Assembly: GCA_963783305.1 (NCBI GenBank) | Contig: CAWAMW010000016.1 | Location: 32,001 to 96,000 of the forward strand | DNA length: 64,000 nucleotides | Direction of reading: 5' to 3' | Source: an uncultured Gemmatimonadales bacterium | GTDB taxonomy: Bacteria > Gemmatimonadota > Gemmatimonadetes > Longimicrobiales > RSA9 | Shown: piece by piece, positions 37,138 to 45,979 of the stretch | Layout: each line of letters begins with the position of its first letter | How positions within the stretch are numbered: position 1 is the first letter of the stretch | Translations under genes and position numbers: made by a program | Notes under the pieces: model-generated | Databases searched by the model: none | The model's input: only the letters and a program-made list of their open reading frames with translations | Told to the model about the DNA's origin: nothing

Positions 37138-38884
37138 CCACGGGAAGGGTGACGGTGAATCGCGTCCCCTCTCCCACCGTGCTCTCGACGGTTATGTCCC
37201 CGCCGAGCTTCTGGACGATGCCATATGTGATGGACAGCCCCAGGCCGGTCCCCGCCCCCTTCTTGGTCGTGAAGAACGGATCGAAGATCCGGGGCAGGTT
37301 TTCCTCGCTGATGCCCACGCCGTCATCGAAAATGGTCACGGCCACCGCCCCGCGGCTCGACGGGCCCACCTCGAGCTCTATGTGCCCGCCGTCCTCCACC
37401 GCCGCGAAGGCGTTGTTGATGATGTTCAGGAACACCTGCTGGAGCTGACCGCGGTCGCTGACGACGGGGGGCGTGTCCTCGGCGTGACGCAGCTCGATCT
37501 CGATCTCGCGATAGCGGGCCTCCTGCTCCAGGAACCCCAGGACCTCATGCAGCAGCACGTCCAGGTGGATCGTCTCGCGCTGCACGTCCATGTGCTTCGC
37601 GAAGCCGAGGAGGCGGTGGGTGATCCCGCCGCAGCGCTCCGCCGACTTCAGGACCGAGTCCAGGATCTCCAGCATCTTCTCGCGTGGGGGCGGCTCGGAG
37701 GAGCGGGTGAGGAGGTCGTGCAGCAGCCCGGCCTTCTGACTGATGATGGACAGCGGATTGTTGATCTCGTGCGCGACCCCGGCCCCGAGGCGGCCGATGG
37801 CCGCCAGCTTGTTGGTGTACTCGATCTCGTGGAAGAGCGCGGCGCGTCGGCGGTCGGCCTCGCGAGCGGTGCGGACGGCGTAGATCGCGCCGCCGATGAC
37901 GAGAGCCAGGATGATGATCCCGCTGACGAGGGGCAGCAGCACGAGGTCTCGGCGGAGCGAGGCCCAGCCGGCGTGGAACTCGTCGCGGGGGCTGAGCAGG
38001 ACCAGCGTGAAGGGGGAGCGCTGGAGGCGCGCGAAGGCCGCCACCACGGGCGTGCCGAGCCCGTCCGTGGTGGAGATGAAGGTGGTCTCCTCGGTGTAGG
38101 GCAGCGGGGGCAGGGGCGCGGTGTCGAGCACGGCGCCGTAGAGCCGTGAGGGTGTCTGGAGCACGCCGTGGTCGTTGACGATGAACGCGTCGCTGAAGGT
38201 GGGGACGCCCAGGGCGTGGCAGCGCCCGCAGGCGGAGCCGCGCTCGGGCCGTCGGCTGCCCCGATCGCGTACCAGCCAGTGGAAGACGTCAGTGTCGATG
38301 GTCGCCCGCAGCGCGAACCAGCGGCCACCGCCGCGGTCCCCATGGATGGCGACCACGATGTGGGGGAGGTTTCGGTACCCCAGGAATACGTCGCTGACGT
38401 GGGACCCGCGCGTGGCGACCTCCCGGAACCACTCCTGCTCGCTGTAGTCGCGTCCCTCCAGCGCGTACGGGCCCGCGTAGGCGACCTGCAGCCCGCTGTC
38501 ATCGATGAGCCCGAGGTCCACCACACCGCTGAACGTCTGCTCCAGGTCGCGGAGCACCGCCTCCAGCCGGGCCGGTTCCGTCAGCGACTCGTACGAGTTG
38601 CTCCGGACCACGAGGTGGAGCGCCGACAGCCGCTCGTCCAGGTACGCTTCCAGCGAGTGCCTGCCCGCTTCCGCGAACCGGAGCATCGGTCGGGTCTGCT
38701 GTGATCGGAACGCCTCCCGGTATTCCCGGTAGCTGATCCAGGACATGACGCCGAGAGGGAGCAGTGAGATGGCCGAGACGACCAGCACGAACGTGATGAG
38801 CATCCGGCGGTAGCGGCCGCCGGAGATCAGTCGCTCGACATCCGGTCGTTCCGTGGGGGGTGGACCCCGACCCTTGGTGCGCAT
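37127..38884 (-). CDS. Sensor histidine kinase with Cache-like periplasmic domain containing CxxCH
   Basis: TM-AYAGPY..SDVFLGYRNLPH..CGRCH-TM; AGVAHEINNP; NIINNA; DDGVG; GTGLGL. Confidence 0.95.
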   Translation of the reverse strand: MRTKGRGPPPTERPDVERLISGGRYRRMLITFVLVVSAISLLPLGVMSWISYREYREAFRSQQTRPMLRFAEAGRHSLEAYLDERLSALHLVVRSNSYESLTEPARLEAVLRDLEQTFSGVVDLGLIDDSGLQVAYAGPYALEGRDYSEQEWFREVATRGSHVSDVFLGYRNLPHIVVAIHGDRGGGRWFALRATIDTDVFHWLVRDRGSRRPERGSACGRCHALGVPTFSDAFIVNDHGVLQTPSRLYGAVLDTAPLPPLPYTEETTFISTTDGLGTPVVAAFARLQRSPFTLVLLSPRDEFHAGWASLRRDLVLLPLVSGIIILALVIGGAIYAVRTAREADRRRAALFHEIEYTNKLAAIGRLGAGVAHEINNPLSIISQKAGLLHDLLTRSSEPPPREKMLEILDSVLKSAERCGGITHRLLGFAKHMDVQRETIHLDVLLHEVLGFLEQEARYREIEIELRHAEDTPPVVSDRGQLQQVFLNIINNAFAAVEDGGHIELEVGPSSRGAVAVTIFDDGVGISEENLPRIFDPFFTTKKGAGTGLGLSITYGIVQKLGGDITVESTVGEGTRFTVTLPVDEL

Positions 38885-38892
38885 GCCCCGCC

Positions 38893-39834
38893 TCAGCCGC
38901 CGGTGCCGGCAGCGGACGGGTCCGGCGGAGCGGTCGCTCCCGACCGCCCCGCGCGCCGGATGGTGTCCATCAGGATCTCGATGTCCACCGGCTTCTGCAG
39001 GTAGTCGAGCGCGCCCAGGCGTCGAGCCTCCTTCTCATCGCGTTCCGAGCCGTGGCCCGTGAGGATGACGACGGGCAGCTCCGGGTAAAGCTTCTTCACC
39101 CGCCGGAGCACCTCCAGGCCATCGAGGTCCGGCATGCGGAGATCGAGGACCATGACGTCCGGCCGCTCCCCCTCCAGAAGCTCCAGTGCCTGCGCCCCCC
39201 CCAGCGCCACGTCGCCGCCCATCTCCCGCATCCGCATCCGCTCCTCCAGCGTGCGGACGAAGTCCTCCTCATCGTCGACGAAGAGCACCTTGAGCGACCC
39301 CGGGGCCGCGTGTGCGCTCGGCTCGACCGGCGATGCGGGCGCAGGGGCGCGGGCCTCGGCTCGCTCGGACTCCAGGTACTCCACGGCGAGGTCGGTGCCC
39401 CCCTCCGCGAGTGCGGCGGCGGTCATGGACCGGCTGAACTCGCGTCCGGACTCCTTCAGCGCGTCCAGCGCCCGTCTCCACGCAGAGCGGATGGAGTCCA
39501 GCAGCTCCCCGGTGTCCGCCGGCTTCTCCAGATAGCGATAGGCACCCAGCCGCCGTGCCTCCTCCTCGGCCTCCGGGGAGCCGCGGCCCGTGAGGACGAT
39601 GACCTGGATATGGGGGTGCTCGCGCTTTACGCGCTCCAGCACCGTCATCCCGTCGATCCCCGGCATGCGGAGGTCGAGGACCACGACGTGAGGGGCGTCG
39701 GCCGCCACCGCCTCGAGCGCCTCTTCACCGCTGAGGGCGACCCGGGCGGCGACATCGCGCAGAGCCAGGCGCCCGGCCATCGCGCGGACATAGTCCTCCT
39801 CGTCGTCCACGAGGAGCAGCTTGAGCGGGCTCAT
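38893..39834 (-). CDS. Tandem double-receiver response regulator
   Basis: Two receivers (LVDDEEDY/LDLRMP/EKP and FVDDEEDF/LDLRMP/QKP) joined by a helical linker. Confidence 0.92.
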   Translation of the reverse strand: MSPLKLLLVDDEEDYVRAMAGRLALRDVAARVALSGEEALEAVAADAPHVVVLDLRMPGIDGMTVLERVKREHPHIQVIVLTGRGSPEAEEEARRLGAYRYLEKPADTGELLDSIRSAWRRALDALKESGREFSRSMTAAALAEGGTDLAVEYLESERAEARAPAPASPVEPSAHAAPGSLKVLFVDDEEDFVRTLEERMRMREMGGDVALGGAQALELLEGERPDVMVLDLRMPDLDGLEVLRRVKKLYPELPVVILTGHGSERDEKEARRLGALDYLQKPVDIEILMDTIRRAGRSGATAPPDPSAAGTGG

Positions 39835-40520
39835 GATTCGACCTCCGGGAGCAGCAGGATCACCCCGCGGCTGTCGCGCTCCAGGGTCGCCGACAGCGCG
39901 GCGAGGATGGGCCGGAGCGCGTCGTGGGACCCGCCCATGGCGTCGTCCGGGCCGGGGTCGTCGGCGGGGAGGCCGAAAACGACCGCGGCGCCGCCCTTCC
40001 GTGTCTCGGGCTGCACCACGAGGGTCGCACCGTCCGCGCTCCTTTCCAGGGACCATTCCATGAGGGCCACCAGCGCCATGTACAGGTCCAGGGCTACGGC
40101 GGTGGTGTGCACATCATTGGCGGCGGGCTGGATCTCGATCCGGCGGCCGCCCTGCTGTGCGAAGCGGCGAGTCAGGGCGACGGTGAGGGCCACGGCGTCG
40201 GCGAGCGACAGGCGCTCGCTGCCCTGGTCGAGGCCGTGCATGATGCGGTTCAGTGAAGTGGAGAGGTCGGCGCCCCGCGCGACCTGGATCCGGATCCGCT
40301 CCAGCGACCACCGCACTCGCCCGGCATCCGGGGCGACGCCCGGGCCGGCCAGGTCCGTCAGATCCCCGATGAGCCCCGCCGACTCCTTCACGATCGCCAG
40401 CACGTTGCGGATCTCGTGGGTCGCGCTCGCGGTGAGCCGCGCAATGAACGCGGCTCGGCGAGCATCCTGCCCCGGGAGCGTCAGCCAGGCCGGTGCCGGA
40501 GTCGTCGTCGCGGCGGTCAT
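39831..40520 (-). CDS. Degenerate histidine kinase-like protein (putative His phosphotransferase)
   Basis: H-box ASATHEIRN intact; no N, G1 or G2 boxes; no TM or sensor domain. Confidence 0.7.
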   Translation of the reverse strand: MTAATTTPAPAWLTLPGQDARRAAFIARLTASATHEIRNVLAIVKESAGLIGDLTDLAGPGVAPDAGRVRWSLERIRIQVARGADLSTSLNRIMHGLDQGSERLSLADAVALTVALTRRFAQQGGRRIEIQPAANDVHTTAVALDLYMALVALMEWSLERSADGATLVVQPETRKGGAAVVFGLPADDPGPDDAMGGSHDALRPILAALSATLERDSRGVILLLPEVES

Positions 40521-42088
40521 GTCGAGTCGCTCGCGGCGAAGCTCTCGTCGGGTGCGATGGCGAAGTTCGTCGCGGTAGTGATGGCGTCCACGAGCCCCGC
40601 CACGGTGTGGGGCGATGCCTCCGCCGCCGGCTCGATCCCCAGTTCCCGGAGCGCGCGGGTGGTCATGGGGCTGATGGAGGCGATGCGGGCGTTCGAGAGC
40701 GTGTTCCCGTAGAGCCGGGCCAGGGAGCGGGCGGTGGCCGCGCTGGTGACCGCGATCCAGTCGACTTCCCTCTCGACCAGCGCGAGGGCCACGTCCGGGT
40801 CCGCCGCCTCCACGTCCGCCGTTTCGTACACGACGACCTCGTGGACGCGGGCGCCGCGAGCATCCAGCTCCGCGGCCAGCGCAGGCACATCGGCACCGCC
40901 ACGGGCGAGGAGGAACTGTCCGGCCCCGCCGTCGCCCATCAGGTGGTCGGCCAGCTCTCGGGGACGGAAGGCGCCGGGTACCAGGTCGGGACGGAGGCGG
41001 TAGGCCGCGAGCCGCTCGGCGGTGCCGGCGCCCACGGCCGCGATCCGCACGCCGCCCAGCTTCCGGGCGTCCTCGGAGCGCTCGGAGAGGCGGCCCATGA
41101 GGCCGTCCACGCCGTTGGGGCTGGAGAAGACGAGCCAGTCGTAGTGCCACATGTGGTCGATGGCGTGGTCCACCGCGGTCCAGCTCGATGGCGGGACCAC
41201 ACGGATGGCGGGCTGCACGACCACCTCCGCACCGCGCTCGGCGAGCCCCTCGCGGACCCGGTTGGCGGTGCCGACGGAGCCGGCCACCACCACCGTGGCG
41301 CCAAAGAGCGGTCGCGACTCGAACCACGAGATGGACGGGCTGTGGGCCACCACCTCCCCCACCACGAAGAGGGCGGGAGGTCGGACGTTACGGCCCTGCA
41401 CCACCTCCGCGACCGTGCCGAGGGTGCAGCGGACGGTCTGCTGGCGGGCGCGGCTGCACCAGCGCACGATGGCCACCGGCGTTTCGGGTGAACGCCCGTG
41501 GTCCATGAGCGCGCCGCTCCACTGCTCCACGCCCTTCACGGCCATGTAGAACACGAGCGTGCCAGGGAAGGCGGCCAGCGCCCCGTAGTCCAGGTTCGTC
41601 CGGCCCTTGCCGGAGCGCTCGCGGCCGGTGACCAGCGCCACCGCGGAGGCGTCCTCGTGGTGCGTGAGGGGGATCTCGGCGAACGCGGCGATCGAGAGGC
41701 CGGAGGTGACGCCGGGGACCACCTCGAAGGGAATCCCGAGCTGTCGGAGCGCCGCAGTCTCATCGATGAGCCGGCCGAAGATGCCGGGGTCGCCGCCCTT
41801 GAGCCGGACCACGCAACGCCCCGCGAGAGCGGCCTCGATCATGGTCGCGGTGATCTCGTCGGGCGTGAGGCGCGGGCCGCCGTTGTGATGCCCCAGGCGG
41901 ACCCGTTCGGCGCCGGGTCGGGCGTGCTCCACCAGGCTGGGGTTGGCCAGGTAGTCGTAGAGCACCAGGTCCGCCTTGCCGAGGCACTCGGCTCCCCGCA
42001 GCGTGAGGAGGCCCGGATGGCCGGGCCCCGCGCCCACGAGGTAAACGGTGCCACATCCGCTCCGTGAAAAACCGCGAACCGCTGTCAT
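40517..42088 (-). CDS. cobA: Fused uroporphyrinogen-III C-methyltransferase / uroporphyrinogen-III synthase (CobA-HemD)
   Basis: VYLVGAGPG, RLKGGDP, VVPGVTS; C-terminal WLVFSSPNGV, VVYET, VTSAA. Confidence 0.93.
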   Translation of the reverse strand: MTAVRGFSRSGCGTVYLVGAGPGHPGLLTLRGAECLGKADLVLYDYLANPSLVEHARPGAERVRLGHHNGGPRLTPDEITATMIEAALAGRCVVRLKGGDPGIFGRLIDETAALRQLGIPFEVVPGVTSGLSIAAFAEIPLTHHEDASAVALVTGRERSGKGRTNLDYGALAAFPGTLVFYMAVKGVEQWSGALMDHGRSPETPVAIVRWCSRARQQTVRCTLGTVAEVVQGRNVRPPALFVVGEVVAHSPSISWFESRPLFGATVVVAGSVGTANRVREGLAERGAEVVVQPAIRVVPPSSWTAVDHAIDHMWHYDWLVFSSPNGVDGLMGRLSERSEDARKLGGVRIAAVGAGTAERLAAYRLRPDLVPGAFRPRELADHLMGDGGAGQFLLARGGADVPALAAELDARGARVHEVVVYETADVEAADPDVALALVEREVDWIAVTSAATARSLARLYGNTLSNARIASISPMTTRALRELGIEPAAEASPHTVAGLVDAITTATNFAIAPDESFAASDST

Positions 42089-42930
42089 CGTGATACCTCC
42101 CTGGCCAGCTCGAGCAGGAGAATTCGGAATGCGGGGAGCTCTCCCACCGGCGGGAGGAGCTCGATGTCGGTGTCCTCGTGGGCGCGTCCGAGCGCCTCGA
42201 TCACGGGACGGATGTCACGCTCCACGTGACCGCCGGCGGTCATGAAGAGGGGGAGCACGCGGATCCGGCGGTGGCCGTTGGCGGCGGCGTCCTTGACGGC
42301 CTCCTCCAGCGAGGGCGAGGCGAACTGCGAGTATGCGAGTTGGACGGAGTCGGGGCCGGTGCGAACGCTCAGGGAGCGGGCGAGCGCTTCCAGCGGTGCG
42401 CCCCACGCTGGATCGCGGCTGCCGTGCGCCACGAGGATGAGGAGCGAGTCGTCCGCGGTCCCCGTTCCGGTGGTCCGCGCGTCGGCCGACAACCACTCCG
42501 CGATCTCGTCGCGGACGCGGCGAGCGCGGCCGGGTTCCTGCCCATCGGTGAAGGTGGCGACGGTGAGCCCGTCGTCCTCGAAGACCGCGCCGAAGATGAC
42601 CTCGGAGCGCTCGCCGCAGGTGGCATCGCACAGGAGGATGCCGCGCTCGCGGGCGAGCCCCGCCACGACGGCGTTGGTCTCCGGGTCGTCGGTGGCGACC
42701 ACGACGAGCTGGACGCCCTCGAGGTGGGCGGGCTCGAAGCGTGCCTTCCGCCATTGCACGCCCCGGTGGCCGAGCTCGGCGGCGATGGCATCGGTCACGG
42801 CGGGGGCGATGACGGTGACGCGGGCACCGGCGTCGGCGAGGCGAAGGGCCTTGCGCGCGCCCACCGCGCCGCCACCCACGACCGTGCACGGCCGCTCTCG
42901 AAGGTCGAGTCCCACGGGGAGGAATCGCAT
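42085..42930 (-). CDS. Fused precorrin-2 dehydrogenase (SirC-like) / CbiX-SirB chelatase
   Basis: VVGGGAVGARK, ATDDPETN; C-terminal LVAHGSRD, PLFMTAGGHVERDI. Confidence 0.85.
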   Translation of the reverse strand: MRFLPVGLDLRERPCTVVGGGAVGARKALRLADAGARVTVIAPAVTDAIAAELGHRGVQWRKARFEPAHLEGVQLVVVATDDPETNAVVAGLARERGILLCDATCGERSEVIFGAVFEDDGLTVATFTDGQEPGRARRVRDEIAEWLSADARTTGTGTADDSLLILVAHGSRDPAWGAPLEALARSLSVRTGPDSVQLAYSQFASPSLEEAVKDAAANGHRRIRVLPLFMTAGGHVERDIRPVIEALGRAHEDTDIELLPPVGELPAFRILLLELAREVSR

Positions 42931-43376
42931 CAGTGGCCCGTGGTGAGCAGGCCGCTCGCCGCGGCCAGCAGCACGCCGATCTCCAGGATGGCGATGGCGG
43001 CATAGACGCGATCGCCATTCCGGATCAGCGTCGGGAGGATGACGGCGAAGCAGAGGATGGTGATGCCCGCGAGGATGGCGATGCCCACGAAATTCAGGTA
43101 GTCGCCTTTGCCGAGGGCCGAGAGCCACCACCAGCCCGTGAGGTGCTGGTCCCGGTGGAGGTAGTCGTGATTGATGGCTTCCAGGTACTCGCCCACGGGC
43201 AGGCTCCAGTACTCCGGCAGGTCATGGATGGGCACCGCCGGCTCCACCAGCCCGGTGATATAGACGAGGAAGGTGAGGAGCAGGATGGCGAGCCCGGAGT
43301 ACATCCCCGCGGACAGCACGTTCGCGTAGATCCGCTGCTCTTCGGTGATCCCTGGACTGGTTCCGGATTCCGTCAT
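42930..43376 (-). CDS. DUF1634-like membrane protein (TSUP partner)
   Basis: EQRIYANVL, TGWWWL, GDYLNFVGI; three TMs; directly downstream of a TSUP gene. Confidence 0.75.
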   Translation of the reverse strand: MTESGTSPGITEEQRIYANVLSAGMYSGLAILLLTFLVYITGLVEPAVPIHDLPEYWSLPVGEYLEAINHDYLHRDQHLTGWWWLSALGKGDYLNFVGIAILAGITILCFAVILPTLIRNGDRVYAAIAILEIGVLLAAASGLLTTGH

Positions 43377-43398
43377 TCCGTGCCTCGTTCCGTCCTGG

Positions 43399-44481
43399 TC
43401 ACACGATGAAGGGGAGTCCCAGCCCCTTCGTGATGGCCTTGGCTCCCGCGAACAGGAGGATCAGGATCACCATCCAGCGGATGAACGCCGGCTTGGCGAC
43501 CTTGAGCAGCCTCACCCCCACCAGCGACCCGAGCATGATGCCCACCAGCGAGGGGACCACCAGCAGCGGGATGATGCAGCCCTGGTTCATGTAGACCCAC
43601 GCGGCCGACGTGTCGGTGATGGAGAGGAGGAACTTGCTCGTTCCCACGCTGACCTTGAGTGGCGCGCCGAACACCAGATTCAGCACCGGCACGTTGGCCC
43701 ACCCGGCGCCCAGCCCGAACATCCCGGCCATGAAGCCAATGACAATGAAGAGGAGGAGCCCCATGGGAGTCCGGTGGATCTTCCAGTCCACCTCCTGCCC
43801 CATGCTCGCCTCCATGTACACGCCGCTGATGCCCAGAGCCGTGGAGAGTCGGTCGGCGCGGGGCACCACGGGGAAGGTGGATTTCTTCGCCCGGAGCATG
43901 ATCGCCACGATCCCGAGGATCGCGACGCCGAGCGAGGTCTGGATCACGTTCGTCGGGAGCGCCAGCCCGACCATGGCGCCGAACACGGCGCACGTCGACG
44001 CGATGAGCGCCACGGGCATGGCCAGCCGGAGGTTCGCCAGGTTCATCCGCAGGAACCCGGGGCCGGCCGCGAGCGCGCCCGACATGGCCACCAGCAGACC
44101 GGTGCCGCGCACGAAGTCGAGGTGGAACGGGCAGAACCCGCTCACGATCGGCACGAAGAGCACGCCGCCGCCCACACCGGCCATGGCGGCCAGGATCCCC
44201 ATGACGAACGTCATGACGAAGAGTGTGGCCGGCCAGAACCACCACGCGGCGGAGATGCCGGTCGCGGCGGCGCCGTCCGTGGCGGCACCGAGCCCTGTGG
44301 CGGCGGCCTCCTGCGCGTGGAGCGACGCGGGCGGGCTGGCGAGCAGGAGGGCGATCACGACCGCGAGCAGGAGCGCGAGCCCGAGGAGAGCGGTACCCGG
44401 CGCGATGGCGGAGCGGGCGCTGGGCACGCGGCTGCCAGCGTTACGCCGGAGAGCGATCGGGGTCGGATGAAATCTCGTCAT
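43399..44481 (-). CDS. TSUP (TauE/SafE) family transporter
   Basis: AGVGGGVLFVP, PFHLDFVRG, GMFGLGAGWANVP, VGTSKF. Confidence 0.9.
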   Translation of the reverse strand: MTRFHPTPIALRRNAGSRVPSARSAIAPGTALLGLALLLAVVIALLLASPPASLHAQEAAATGLGAATDGAAATGISAAWWFWPATLFVMTFVMGILAAMAGVGGGVLFVPIVSGFCPFHLDFVRGTGLLVAMSGALAAGPGFLRMNLANLRLAMPVALIASTCAVFGAMVGLALPTNVIQTSLGVAILGIVAIMLRAKKSTFPVVPRADRLSTALGISGVYMEASMGQEVDWKIHRTPMGLLLFIVIGFMAGMFGLGAGWANVPVLNLVFGAPLKVSVGTSKFLLSITDTSAAWVYMNQGCIIPLLVVPSLVGIMLGSLVGVRLLKVAKPAFIRWMVILILLFAGAKAITKGLGLPFIV

Positions 44482-44493
44482 GGTCCGCTCCGA

Positions 44494-45312
44494 TCAGGGG
44501 TACGGATCGAACCAGTCGATCTTGAGGTGGACCTCATCCACGCCGGGCACGCCGCGGGCGAGGCGGGCGAGCCGGTCGCCCATCTGGCCGCTGCTGTGGA
44601 GCGGTGCACGGCCGGTTATATCGACGCGCCCGCCCTCCGCGGTGGCGTCGAGCTCGAGGCCCCGGAGCGCCTCGTCCTCCACGAGCGCGACCTTGACCCG
44701 GCACGCGGTGCGGAAGTCCTCGAGGCGGTGGCGGACCGCGGGCGTGATCTCGAACTCGGGCTGCCGGATCATGCGGGCGATCATGCCGCAGGCGGCATCG
44801 ACCTCGACGTGGGCGAGGTTGATCATGACGTCGTAGAGGGCGGGGTCCCCGACATCGGAGTCGTGGAGCGCGCGGACCCAGTGGCTGCGCGCCTCGTCCA
44901 GGTCCCGGATGTAGGACGCGGCGGTGTCGGCGTCCATGTCGGATTCGCCCATGACGGCCTGCACGCGCATGCCCATGGGCGCGATGCAGCGGACGGTCAG
45001 GGTGGCGGGAAGGCCATTGAGCAACAGTCCGCCGGTGAGGCCGTGATAGACCAGGTTTCCCTCCACCACCCGCTCCGCCAGCGCGGCCTGGAGTGCCAGG
45101 ACGTGCACCCGGCGCATGGTGGAGAATGGCTCCCACAGGGTGGGCCGTCCGGTCAGCCGCTCTTCCAGTCGTTCCGCAGACACGCCCAGCCGCTCGGCCG
45201 CGTCCTGCACCACCTCCTCGCCGACGATGGGGTACTCCAGCCCGCGGGCGAGGCATTCCGCCAGCTGGGTTCCGAACGTCTTCGTGCCCCGGCAGATTGC
45301 GAAGATCGCCAC
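44494..45312 (-). CDS. Cytidylate-kinase-like protein with C-terminal BON domain
   Basis: GTG start after GGAGG; AICRGTKTFG, LVYHG, YDVMIN; BON-like GRVDITG..ARGVPGVDEV. Confidence 0.8.
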   Translation of the reverse strand: MAIFAICRGTKTFGTQLAECLARGLEYPIVGEEVVQDAAERLGVSAERLEERLTGRPTLWEPFSTMRRVHVLALQAALAERVVEGNLVYHGLTGGLLLNGLPATLTVRCIAPMGMRVQAVMGESDMDADTAASYIRDLDEARSHWVRALHDSDVGDPALYDVMINLAHVEVDAACGMIARMIRQPEFEITPAVRHRLEDFRTACRVKVALVEDEALRGLELDATAEGGRVDITGRAPLHSSGQMGDRLARLARGVPGVDEVHLKIDWFDPYP

Positions 45313-45313
45313 G

Positions 45314-45970
45314 TCACACCTCCGTCCGGCGCAGCCGCGCGTCGAGTTGCTCGTGGCAGCGGTCCGCGAAGGCCTCGAGCTGGGCACGTCGAGCGGGAGT
45401 CATGGCGTAGGCGGGGTGGGCCGCGAGATCGGCGATCCCGACGCAGGCGGTGTCCACGGTGAGCCAGCGCTGGTTGATCGTGATGTCGTAGAGGAACGGG
45501 TCGTTCACGTCGGCATCGAACTGCACCTTCACCCACCGCTGCCGCTCCCGATCGACGTTCTCGATGAAGGAGGAGGCGGCCGCCCGGGTCATGCGGTGGT
45601 GCGCCTTCGTGAGATAGCCGATGCGCTTTTCCAGTGGTGCGATGAGCCGAACGCGCAGCACGCCCGGGAGCCCGGCCAGCAGGAACTGGCCGCCGATACC
45701 GTGATAGACGAGGCGGCCCTCCAGGCAGCGGTCGGCCAGCGCGGTCCGCACCGCCAGGAGGTAGATCTGGCGGTCGTTGTTGATCCGTGACCAGAGGCCG
45801 GGGGTGGTCTCGAACTTCTCCCGCACCACGTCGGGAGGGAGCCCCAGCTCCAGCGCGGCCTCGTGCAGGATCTCGCTGGCGACGCACGGATAGTCGAGCA
45901 TGCCGGCGAGGCAATCGGCGACGATGCGTCCGCCGCTCATGGTCCCGCGCGAGATGGTGATGATGGCCAT
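45314..45970 (-). CDS. Cytidylate-kinase-like protein
   Basis: IITISRGTMSGG, LVYHG, VRLIAPLEKR, YDITIN. Confidence 0.85.
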   Translation of the reverse strand: MAIITISRGTMSGGRIVADCLAGMLDYPCVASEILHEAALELGLPPDVVREKFETTPGLWSRINNDRQIYLLAVRTALADRCLEGRLVYHGIGGQFLLAGLPGVLRVRLIAPLEKRIGYLTKAHHRMTRAAASSFIENVDRERQRWVKVQFDADVNDPFLYDITINQRWLTVDTACVGIADLAAHPAYAMTPARRAQLEAFADRCHEQLDARLRRTEV

Positions 45971-45979
45971 GGCTCCTCC

